DNA of 64,000 nt, taken from Fimicolochytrium jonesii. Taxonomy: Eukaryota. A model generated the notes under the pieces. It worked only from the letters and a program-made list of their open reading frames with translations. It was not told where the DNA came from and searched no databases. Positions 10,202-20,715 of this stretch are shown piece by piece. Location: assembly GCF_025526975.1 (NCBI RefSeq), contig NW_026515684.1, positions 310,001 to 374,000 of the forward strand, in the 5' to 3' direction. The position numbers and the translations under genes are program-made. The first letter of the stretch is position 1, and each line of letters begins with the position of its first letter.

Positions 10202-12894
10202 ATGTCTTCACACCAGGCGCTCCAGGGGCACCTGTGGTGTGGCATCTTTACTGGAGCAACCACACCACGGCGGAAGAGGAGGAAGGTTGCTCCGGTTACC
10301 CCGCGGTTGCCCATACGTCTGCCAACCGCCGCTGTGCAGACACCAGTGCAACCCCCGCGATTTGAGTTCCCATCGTCTGTCCAGCACCACTTGCCCCAAG
10401 CAATTGCAGACATGGTTGGCGAGAGTTCCGGCGACGAAGATGAAGATGGGCAGCAGGAGCAGCATCAGCGGCAAGGGCTTTCACCCGTCGAAAGGGGTCT
10501 GCAGCGTCCGTTGAACCTCCCCGCTCCCATCCCTTTCCGGTTTCCCAGCACACCGGGTGGATCCCTGGTGCTTGAACCCCCGCCTCCACCACCAGTTCAA
10601 CGACCCCGCCCGCAGACACATGCCAGCACAAAGGTTTCCCTTCACCGAATCCAAAATCACAATCAAGTCCAAAGGGAGCGCCTAACAACGTTCATCGCCG
10701 ATGTTCATGTCCTTGCGCGCCACACCACCTTCTTTATCAAGTACTACCTTGGTGAGTTTTTGAGGTACACTACACTGTATATTTCCCATAAAACAATGTC
10801 CTGACTGCTACATCTGCCCACCCCACCACAGCTGATCATCCTCTACACGATTTCCCGGACATCACCGACAAGCACATTAGTGTGATATTTGAGCTGCTAA
10901 ACAATCCGGGCTACAACGGCAATCCGGTCATCGTGCAAGAATTGCGTCCACGGGTTCAAGAGTACTGTAATGTTCACGGATTTGCCCCCATCCGCATGCG
11001 AAATAGCCAACAGACCGCAGCGTACACAGCTACGAGCATCTTCACCAACCTCAAAGTCAACGTACAGGAGCATTTTATGCAAATGTTTCTGCGCTATGTC
11101 AATGAAAGGCTTGGTTTGAAGCAAGTCGTACTGCATCTCCGGAGAGCGCAGCGGCGACACTATTATCGGCGTGTCCATCAATTTACAAAGTACGCAACGT
11201 TTGAAGAGTATCCAACCGAAGAGGAATTTGCGCGCCTCACACGAATTGAGCGGACCGTCCTCGACGAGTTATGGGCTCTGTTTCCTCCCCAGGATGAGCC
11301 GCTTGCGTACAGCCTTGCAGTGGACGCAATGGCATATTTAGGTGAGTTAGTATATTCCCCCCCCCCCCCCCGCGGTGCCCTCTTTTGTCTAATCATGGTC
11401 CGCACCTGCCTCATCACAGGTGCCTATTGTGAGCTCTCATGCCTCTATGAGCGCCGTGGAATGCGGCTGTTTTCCGCTATCCCGCTGCGCAAATCTCGAA
11501 TCCAGTCATCTGTTCGGATCGACACGCTGATCCTAGGCACTCATATCCTGGATGTTGGCCGACGTCCCACGGGGAAACTCACTGATGAACGCAAGCAGGA
11601 GCTGTGGGGGCAGTTTCTCAATGTGAATGTAAGTCTGTATCCTTCCGCTCTTATTTCAATCACCTTACTGAATGACGGATTATAGGACAAGGTCTTCAAA
11701 CATTGAAAGAAGCTTGGTCTCAAATTTGATGGGTCAATCAGCACAAACGGGTATTCCGTTACCATCCACTTCAAGAAGCCAGGGCTCAAGTATGGGCATC
11801 GGGCCCGGAAGCGCAGCAAGCCGCAAATGCGGGAAGAAGTCAAGCAGCTGTATTTTGAGCACCACATTGCGGAACTACGCGAGGCTCCAAACATCGTCTG
11901 CATTGATCCGGGCAAGCATGACCTCCTGTTCTGTCGAGACATCGAGAAGGAGCGCCCATTTCGGTACGTTCCAGTTGATTACTGCTTTTGACATTCCGTT
12001 GCCACATTCTCACAATGCACCACCCCGTACCAGATACACATCCACTCAACGGGCGGTAGAGACAAAGTCTCGGTTCTTTCGAAGAGACATGACAGAGTGA
12101 AAGATCAATGCCGGCGTCGCCGAGATGGAATCACATATTCCGTCGCAGAAGAGCATGAACATCGAGGCGTTCTCAGCGTTCATTGTGGATCACATACATG
12201 CAGGTATGATGTTCTACTTAATTTTGATTCTCAAATTTAATGATACATGGGCTGACATCCCATCCATATCCCAGATCCCGCCCTGGATGAGTTTTACCGG
12301 GATCAGATTCACGTGGCTCGCAGATTCAAGGCGTTCTCTGCGGCAAAAGTCTGAGAGCAAGCTCATCAAGAACATGTGACGCCTGTATGGAAAGCATTTT
12401 GTGGTCATCTTGGGTGATTGGAGCGACGCTGGGAAGACCATGTGCTTTCAGGAGTCATCAAAGACCAAGGGGTGAGTGACCATCATTTGTGGTACCTACT
12501 ATGTATTTTAATATGCCAACTCATCATGGAAATCAGATTCCGCACCCTCTTTGCAAGAAACAGCATTCCATGCTACTTGCTAGATGAGTATCGAACGTCT
12601 TCCGTGTGCCCAGACTGCCACGGGTGTGTGAAGAAAAACATCGGACGCCGGCTGTCACCTCGGCCGTGGCAAGCTCGAAAGGGAAGAATGGAATACGTCC
12701 ATGGATTGGTGGGTTGCCCCAACCCCGAATGTATCAACCAAGACTGGACGCCGTTTGAGATTCCTGGAAGACAACCACTACGACTACGGATGAAAGTGCA
12801 CAATCGGGACGTCCTAAGCACCAAGAATTTCCTCTCGATTGTGCGTTCGGTGGTGCTTGGCAATGGCCGCAGACCAGACGCATTCTCCCGGTAG
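10202..12894 (+). pseudogene. Fanzor: Fanzor (TnpB-like RuvC RNA-guided endonuclease, Fanzor1-like), 7 exons, disrupted
   Basis: Introns 10752-10831, 11342-11419, 11629-11685, 11964-12033, 12204-12274 and 12472-12536, all GT..AG and phase-compatible. Motifs FSAIPLR..RIDT, FDGSISTNGYSV, RuvC-I IVCIDPG (D 11905), ILGDWS, RuvC-II LLDEYRTS (E 12586), CPDC..VHGLVGCPNPEC zinc finger, RuvC-III NRD (D 12808) and terminal RPDAFSR. TGA stops at 11704, 12098 and 12377; frameshift at ~12340. Confidence 0.92.
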
Positions 12895-13006
12895 TCTAGA
12901 GTTTTCACCCCATCCCATTTTCCGTGGTGGTTATCTGCCATCCACATCATTGTACCTCTGCCTGAGGCGTCGCCGATGAGGGCAACTTGTAGAAACAAAA
13001 TAGATG
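12895..13006 (+). ncRNA. Candidate Fanzor omegaRNA (scaffold to ~12991, guide from right flank)
   Basis: Lies between the Fanzor stop and the inferred right end; stem-loops at 12924-12945 and 12955-12967. Assignment is by analogy with TnpB/Fanzor loci only. Confidence 0.5.
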
Positions 13007-13049
13007 GTAATGCGATATATGGGTCGAGGCGGTGGGGTCGCTTCTACGT

Positions 13050-14574
13050 TCACCGCGCACTATCCCGCTCCAGGATCCTCTCCAACACCCTCCCGACCTG
13101 CGCGCCACACGTCTCGAACCAACTTAACGTCTTCTCATCCTCCACAAGCGTCTTTACCGCCTCCATGACACTCGCACAGGTCTGTGCGAGCGCAGAGGCG
13201 GCCGCGGCGACTTCGCTGGCGTGGAGGGGCGGCTCGATGAGGAGGGCGAGGTCGTCGACGCGGTGGGAGGTTTCAAGGGAGACGCGGGCGAGGGTGTCTT
13301 GGATGAGGGTGCGTTCGGTGAGGAGGGCTTCTGATTCTGTTCTTGTCGTTGTTGTTGGTGGGGTTTTGGATGCGGATGGTTGTTCCTCGTTTTGCACTGC
13401 CACGATGACTTTCTTGAGCAGGAGTTTTGTGGCCTTCATGATGACCAGACATTGGTTGGCGAGTTCCTTTTCCGAGGGTGTGAACTGCCTGCCGCCTTCA
13501 TCCTCAGCATCCCCGTCGGCATCATCCCCCTCGTCCTCGCCCATGAGGTCGCCCCACCCCCCAGCGCCCCCACCACCACCACCATTCTCAATCGTCCCCT
13601 CAACCTCCTCAATCGCATCCTCAACAAGCCCCAATCGATCCCTGACTCGCCTCGCAACCGCCTCCCCATTCCTAAACGCCATCCCCTCAACAACCTCACA
13701 CGTCTTCCACACCAACCCCGTCGAACTCGCATATCCGATGCTGTTGCTCCCTGTTTTCAACTCCCGCGGCGTCGTTAGGAAGTTGTTAGCGAGGGAGGCG
13801 ACGTCAGTGAAGAGTAAAGAGACGGTGGAGCGGATCTCGTCTTGGAGGACGGACCCGAGGGACCCGGGGACGGAGTCGATCAGAGCCGAGAGGTGGAGCA
13901 GGCATTTGTGGATTTCGGACGTGACTTTGGGGGTGTCACGCGATTTTTCGGGGGCTATCAGGGAGAGCTACGGGGAGGAGAGGAGGGTGTGTGGGTGAGC
14001 GATCGGGTGTGTAGGGACGACGGATGATGGAAACCTTCATCAACAATCATCAACCCATCAACTCATCAACTCATCAACTATCAACCATCAACCCATAAAC
14101 AACCATCGACCATCAGCATGGAGCGGATGGTTGAACGATACCCTGCACGCTCCGCGACGTTGGACTGGTGTGTGATCCGCAATCCTGCGCCTTCGGCCTC
14201 GTCGCACTCAAGCATTCCTGGGCCTACGGCCCAATTGGGCTTACGGCCAAGTTGGGCTCACTATCGTTGGCCTTCTCCTCACTTCGCTCGGGACCCTCAA
14301 GCATCCCTCGCCTCGCTCGGCCCTCCCTCTCACTCGCCTTCCCTCCCCCAATCCATTTCACACCCCTCACCTTGGTGGCATTATGACTCAGCAACTTCAC
14401 CGTATTCTTCGTCTCCGTCTCAAACCATCTCTGGTCAAACTCCTTCAGCGGCAGTCCACTCGTCGTGTCCCTCTTCTGCAGTTCCTGGGATAGGTGTAAG
14501 GCGAGGTCTATGAGGGTTGCGAGGTCCACGTCGAAGTTGGGGGCGGGAGTGGACGGGGTTGGGGGGGTTGTCAT
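13050..14574 (-). CDS. GCIP / cyclin-D1-binding protein 1-like, 2 exons
   Basis: LLSHNATK|LSL across intron 14370-13968, TGLVWKTCE, LVEDAIEEVE, VDDLALLIEPP. Confidence 0.75.
13968..14370 (-). repeat. Long intron with GNA-hairpin element and (CATCAAC)n-like simple repeat
   Basis: Sense strand has gccgtaggc, gccgaaggc, gcggagc and gagcgaagtgag; catcaac repeats at ~14038-14115. Confidence 0.75.
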
Positions 14575-14973
14575 TGTGGTGGTGCGGGCGAAGCTGAGTG
14601 GGCTGGGGCTGGTGTCGGGTGGTTGTTGTTGATCCAATAGGTGGTCCAGTCTAGTCGGCGGCAACGGAAGTCAAGGTTGGTGGCGGTTTGGCTGAAGTTG
14701 CTGAAGTTGCCTTTTGCGCTTTTGCGAGAGGGCCAGTCAAAAGGAACACGGCGGCCCCCCCCAAGACCTATATATACAGTGCACGCTTCCAGCCTGTGCA
14801 TCCACTCTGAGGACGTCGGCAATAGTGCCACACAACCAGAAAGCCGTGGGTAGGTGTAGAATGCACATCTGCAGTGAGAATGCTGGAGCAATTCCCGTAC
14901 ATTTCCACATTTCCGCTTTCCCTTTTTTTAACAGTTTGCATACTCATCCAGCACGTTCTTAACGACGTTATAA

Positions 14974-15216
14974 ATGCCACGTACAAAAGAAGAAATCCGG
15001 GAGTGGCTGGACATGGAGCTCCCTACCGTCTTAGCAGGCCGTGAGCCAAAGGCGGTGGTCGAGGCCATGCGGGAATTCGCCAATGGGGACCCTGATGTTC
15101 TGTCTCAACTCTTTGATTCAACAATCACCATTGCCGCCCACGGCCACGCTCGAAAAAGAAACGAGGCGCGTCGAAAGATATCTGAGTTGGGCAACGCGGA
15201 AGCCTGCAAAGAATAG
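14974..15216 (+). CDS. Small hypothetical protein (80 aa)
   Basis: ATG-started ORF with protein-like, helical charged composition; no recognisable motif. Confidence 0.35.
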   Translation: MPRTKEEIREWLDMELPTVLAGREPKAVVEAMREFANGDPDVLSQLFDSTITIAAHGHARKRNEARRKISELGNAEACKE

Positions 15217-15794
15217 AGAGTATGGGAGAGGTGTTAGGCAGATACAAGCCGTTGTCGTCATCAATGTACCGTGGAATGAACTTTATTGGACCCGCAAGAA
15301 TGTAGGATGAAGTGGATATGCATGTATTGCAGTTGATGGGGAGCCAGCCAAGAGCCAGGGAAAAATAATAGGATGTACTGTACAGATTTTCCTAAATCCT
15401 GACATCCTTCGCGGTATATTTGCAAGGAGCGCGGTAGCTTGACTAAGCCTGACCTTTTTCTATGGGCGTTCCCATTCCCCTAATGTGTAAAGTCTTTCAC
15501 CTGTTCGTGGAGCCGTAACGTTCCGATCACAGTCCACCAATACCATCGCCCCGCAGTTGGAGATGACGGCGGAGGCAAGCACGTCGGTGTGTTTTGGGAA
15601 GAGCTTTCCCCTTGACCCCGCAACGTCTCATTCACTCTGCAACCGTCTCCACAAAAAGGTCACTTCCAAGCGGCCAATGATCCTCCCCACGGCCAGCCGC
15701 AGGTTCCGATCACCCGATGTTCCACGTATCAGGAAGCCTGTTCTTTCTCCTCGACATCGCACACCCTACGCCAAAAGCCTACCTACTGTACTAC

Positions 15795-17062
15795 CTAGAA
15801 TGAGCCCATCATCCCCGCCCTTTCAGCCTTCCTCTGTTCCGCCGCATTAACACAGTTCAGCACATCCCACCACAACCGCTGTTCATTCACATCCGTCGTC
15901 GTATCCGCATTCTTCGGCTCTCCTCCTGCAACAACCGTCTTCTCACCCGCGCTTTGCACCGCGTCACCCGCGATCTGACACATCAGACGGGTCAAATTGC
16001 GCTGTGTGAGATTCGCGGGGCTCATACCCAGCCAGAGCAAGTCCCTGAGCTTGCGGCAATGGGTCTCGCGGGTCTCATCTGAGTACCTTCCCTCCATCGC
16101 ACTCTGTAACCCCGTAGAGTGTCGATCGATGTTAACGTTGAAGCTGTTGACAAACTCCTGGATCAGCTCGAATTTCACTTTCGTTTGGTCGTGCTCAAGC
16201 ACAAGTGCATGTTTCAAGAAATCGCGGACGGTGGCTGGCGGGATCGCGATATGGAGGAGTTTGAGGTAGTGTATGATGTGAGGGAGGTCCCGCCACTGAT
16301 GGAAGTGGAAGTCCCACACGGGCATGATTGAGTTTTCTGTGAGGTATATGAACATGTCGAGACTCCCGATGGGGCAGTCGGGCATGTCGAGGACAAGGTC
16401 TATGATCGTAGCTGACCGTGCGGGGCATAACGGCGTCACCGCGCCACCGCGGACGTGCTCGAATACGACGGGGTCGCCGAGAAGGAAGGCGCTGATGAGC
16501 GCGTCCTCCAGGTCGGCGACAGGCAACGGGCTGATCTGACAGCATGCCAATGCGGCGACGTTCCACCCTTTCTCGCACACCCACTCAAAGTAGGACCCGC
16601 AATTGCCGTGCAGATATTCCGCTGGTTCAAATACCGAGATCCCCATTTTCCCGTCCTTGTTCTTTGTCTTTGGCAACGCGGCTTCGAGCAACCGCCGTCC
16701 GATTTTGGTCCCGGCGTCGAATGTGAGACACTCCCCGAAGCATTCGTGAGCAGCTAGCATTTGTTCAACGAGAGCATCCCGTTCTTCCCTCTGACAACGG
16801 AGGAACGTGTTGTCTTCGCACCCTTCGGCCAGGATTTGCAGGGCTGCGTGTATTCGCGGATGGTCAAGGTTCAGCCGACACCTCAGGAATGCCGGTACGA
16901 CGAGCGAATCGCGAGGCGCCTCTCTCCATCTCCCGAGCCATTGATGTGCGACGACGATGGGCTCCCGTCTGACCTGCGCCGACTGTCTGTTCCAGGGAAG
17001 TTGCTCGGGAGGCAGGAATTTCCAGATCGCAGTGAGGATCTCAGGCGGTAAAAGGCGGAACA
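15795..17062 (-). CDS. F-box-like protein with degenerate helical/ankyrin-like repeats (may be the 3' part of a longer gene starting at 18014)
   Basis: MFRLLPPEILTAIWKFLPP is an F-box-like motif, followed by ~400 open codons. Confidence 0.6.
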
Positions 17063-18014
17063 TGTTGCATGCGTGCCGGGAGGCGGTCTCGTAATGGCGC
17101 AAAGAATCGGCTGATGTCGTCCCGGGAACAACTTTCTGTCCTGGATCGGAGTTTCGGACAATGCGCATGAATGCGACGTAAAGGTGGTATCTATATTGAG
17201 GATGGTCGATGCATCTGTTCAGCAAATCCCTCGGAGCACGGAAACATGCGTACGCGGCCCACGCCCAGCGCATACGGCCACCCGTTCAGCAGAGCAACAG
17301 AAATTGCATATGCAGCGCAAGCTCAACGCATGCAATATCTCACCTTCCATCATCTAGTGCAACCTGCTTATACACATCCTCCCCCCGGCGTTGAGCTGTT
17401 AAGCTGCCAACCGTTCCAGCCTTCTTCAATCTGTTCCTGAATATCCCACATCGGACATGGACGCCACCATCACTGTAAGCGTCAGGATCCTGTTGATCCT
17501 CGACGTCGGATATCACGGCGGGAATGATTTGGGACAAGTTGACGCTATAGCCGTCTGTGGTCGGGTCGAACTTGACATCCACCCCTTCGGCTGTGACAAA
17601 GACGCCTGGCCACTGCAGGTCAGACCAACTGGAACCAACAGCGCTGTATATGACATCAACTGTAGAGGCGTTTTAAGTAAGGTTGAGATCGGTAAAGGAC
17701 CAAGAAAGGCACTCGGCAAACCGCTTACCATCGAGTTTGCGGTTTGGAATACGCGGCGGAAGGTGCATTTGCTGAATATTCGCACCCGCCGCAGATCCTT
17801 GCCGTCCGATCCCGTGAGAACTGGAAGCGCCACCGTGACCCTGAGCCTCATCCCGTTCCTGAGCATATACCTTGAGACATTCCTTCTTTCCAGCGAGTAA
17901 CTGTGGTATAGGCCTGATCCCAGCCCTTTTGATGAGAACGTCTAACTGCTGTCCCCTAAGGTTGTCTATCTCGGCTTCAGTAATTGTTGCCAGGTCGGGG
18001 ATGAAGTCCGGCAT
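17063..18014 (-). pseudogene. Upstream in-frame segment with SAP/HEH-like N-terminus, one internal TAA and a probable intron
   Basis: ORFs 17673..18014, 17340..17582 and 15795..17273 share one frame; GTGAGA..GCTGAACAG intron ~17343-17218; TAA at 17673-17675. Confidence 0.4.
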
Positions 18015-18293
18015 GTTGGAAGTTGACTCTCTATGTTAAGGCATTGAGGAAAGAGAGTGAGTTGGGAGCTCGGGGACAGCAGCTCAGGCGGTATTTGCCT
18101 ACCTGAGGAGGCAGCCGAGGAGAATGGGAAGGGCTCAACAAACCAATGCTCAGATGCTCGCTGCCACGTCCGTGAACCAGACATCTTTACGCCAATCTAG
18201 ATAGCAGCAACTGCTCAGCGAGGAGCTCAACCACTCCAGTTGCCACCGCCGCCAAAGGTCTCTGCTTCTTATCACTAACCCCCCGAGAGAGAA

Positions 18294-19056
18294 ATGACAA
18301 ACGAACCCCCAAACCCACCAATCCCGCACCTCATCCTGATTGCCGCCGCCCTCGCTGACACCAACGGCATAGGCAAAAACAACGACCTACCATGGCACAT
18401 TCCCAGCGAAATGCGGTACTTTAACGCCGTCACAACGTGGTTGGGACGGAGGGTGGGCAACGCCTACCCCGATAAGACTCAGGGAGATACGCATGTGGAG
18501 GATGGGCAGAAACCGCTGAACGCGGTGATTATGGGACGCAGGACATGGGATTCGATGCCGGATGGGTTCAGGCCGCTGAAGGGGAGGGTGAACGTCGTTC
18601 TGACGGGGAGTGAGGACGTGAGGGTGGAGGTGTGCAGGTGAGGGTTCCATTCAAAACAAAACGAGGCATGCGTGATGATCTTGTGGGCAAGTCCACTCAC
18701 ACCCCCTGCACAACAGCCGAAGCACCCCAGAAACCCCCACCCTCGCCTTCCCGACCCTTCCAGAAGCCCTCACCTACCTCACCACCACCACCCGCCCCAC
18801 CAACACCTTCATCATCGGCGGCTCGCACATCTACATCCTAGCCCTCGCCCACCCCTCCTGCTCGCACGTCCTATTAACGCGTGTGAAGGCGCCGGCTCCC
18901 ATCGAGTGCGATACGTTCTTCCCGGAGGTGGATATGGCGGTGTTTAGGAAGGCAAGGGAGGAGGAGTTGAGGGAGGTGGTGGGGCCGATGGTGCCGGTGG
19001 GCGTGCAGAGGGAGAGAGGGTTGGAGTATGAGTTTGGCATGTTCGTGAGGAGGTAG
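18294..19056 (+). CDS. DFR1: Dihydrofolate reductase, 2 exons
   Basis: GIGKNNDLPW, NAVIMGRRTWDSMP, RPLKGRVNVVLT, FIIGGSHIY, ECDTFFP. Confidence 0.95.
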
Positions 19057-19248
19057 GGAGGGGTGGACCGAGGATGGTCAAAGGGCGGCGTAGGTGTGTC
19101 AAATCTCAGGAACACCATCTTTTGGTGAAGAATGCTTTGTTTTCACTTATCTAGTGTACATACGAATCTTACATCTAGTCTTGCGCCAAAGTGCAAACAT
19201 CTACATAAATAACATCAACGACGGGGTGCTACGCTACAAAACAAAATT

Positions 19249-20228
19249 TCACGCCATAGTGGAACTGGTAACGTTCCAAATGTCCGCGAAAGGGTCAAAT
19301 GTCGAGTTCTTGATGGGGATGTACTCAATGACGTTCGTCAGACGGGTCGCAAGCTTCTCGCCGTACAGCTTTCCAACAAAGTAGTACATCATATCCATGC
19401 CTAAACGCAAGGAATGTCAGCAACACACCAAAAGCAGGGACAACGCCGTGAATGAAGCGCCTTACCAGCCGTAACCCCCGAACTCGTCAACACATTCCCA
19501 TCCTCCACCCACCTCGCCCTCGGCACCCACTCCACCTTATCACTCTGCCCCGTAATGAACTTCCAACTGAACTTCGTCCCCGTCGCCCTCCGTCCATCCA
19601 ACACCCCGCTCTTTGCCAACAGCGCCGCGCCTGTGCACACCGAGAGCAGGTACTCCAACTCGGGGTACCGAGCGTTGATAAACGCGGATATATCCGTGTT
19701 GTTGACTTCTGAACGCGTCCCGAGACCACCCGGGACAATCAGGATGTCTAGCTTAGGCGCGGTGAGGAGCGTGTGGGTTGGGAGGATGGTTTCGCCGACG
19801 GCCCCTGTGAGGGACATGGACATCGGGGTGCCCTGGGCGAGCGAGGAGATGCCGGTGAGGTTCGTGGAGTTGGTGGTGGAGATCAGGGAGAGGGTGATGT
19901 TGTGGGAGGTGGAGAGCATGTTGAGCCATTCTAGGGGGCCTGGACGAGGGAAGAAGGGGTGGGGTGAGGAACGGGCCGGGGTTGGAGTGCGAGATGTTGG
20001 GGACTTACCGAAGACATCAAGGGCGGTGAACCCGGGATACAACAGCATCCCGAAACTGCGGGTCGCAGTGGAGTTGCCGGCCGCCGGTGTGGGCGGGTTG
20101 GGTTGGTTAGATGGAATCGGGGTGGGGGATGTGCCGTTCAAGGAGACGGTGCGGACTGGCTGAGGAGCAGCTTGCGCGATGCCGATGAGGGCTGCGAGGA
20201 CGAGGAGGGCGGGCGTTTTGAAGAACAT
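19249..20228 (-). CDS. Secreted DJ-1/PfpI family protein, 3 exons
   Basis: Signal peptide MFFKTPALLVLAALIGIAQA; GFTALDVFGP, LIVPGGLGTR, SVCTGA, ARWVEDGNVLTSSGVTAG|MDM. Confidence 0.9.
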
Positions 20229-20715
20229 GATGGCGGTTAAGATGGTGAGCTGTTAGTTCTTTTCCAGAGGGCCGTGTTGTGAAGGGAGTATTTATACATA
20301 GTGCATTTGAATTGGGCCATTGAGTCTGGCGTGCGGCATCGATGGACAAAAAAAGAGTATTGGGTGCGCGTCAAAGGAACGTGCGGTGCGTGTTGTACGG
20401 CACGCGTTGTCCGGGCGTAAGCAGCGTATCCGTCGGAAATGCATGCATTGGTCCATCTTCATAACCGTTCGTAAGGTTTGAGACATCCCACAAAAAAACT
20501 TCCTTCTGGACGACCCATCCACCGTTTGACTTGCCTCTCAGGGTATCCAGCGGCATCTATACAGTACATAGTAGGTCTAAAGACACTCACAGTATACATG
20601 TAAAAATTATGTTAATGTAAACACAAAAAATTTACTCAAATGAGGTCCTATTAATTCTACGAAGCGATGCAAAGGCGATGAGAGGGTGATTTCAATACAA
20701 GCGTATCTGGCACAA

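Larger units (their letters stand above)
9437..12989 (+). mobile_element. Fanzor-encoding non-autonomous DNA transposon (no transposase seen inside)
   Basis: Lies between the 3' ends of two convergent genes. Direct repeat TAGAAACA at 9429-9436 and 12990-12997 (candidate TSD). Repeat array at the left end and Fanzor gene ending 95 bp before the right end. Confidence 0.75.

Noticed and set aside
10202..12894. Bacterial IS200/IS605 tnpB contamination
   Set aside because: Six spliceosomal introns and insertion between intron-containing fungal genes
9431..12991. TA-only TSD (Mariner-like) boundary model
   Set aside because: Requires a chance 6-bp match (GAAACA) between element start and right flank, and no TIRs are seen; less parsimonious but not excluded
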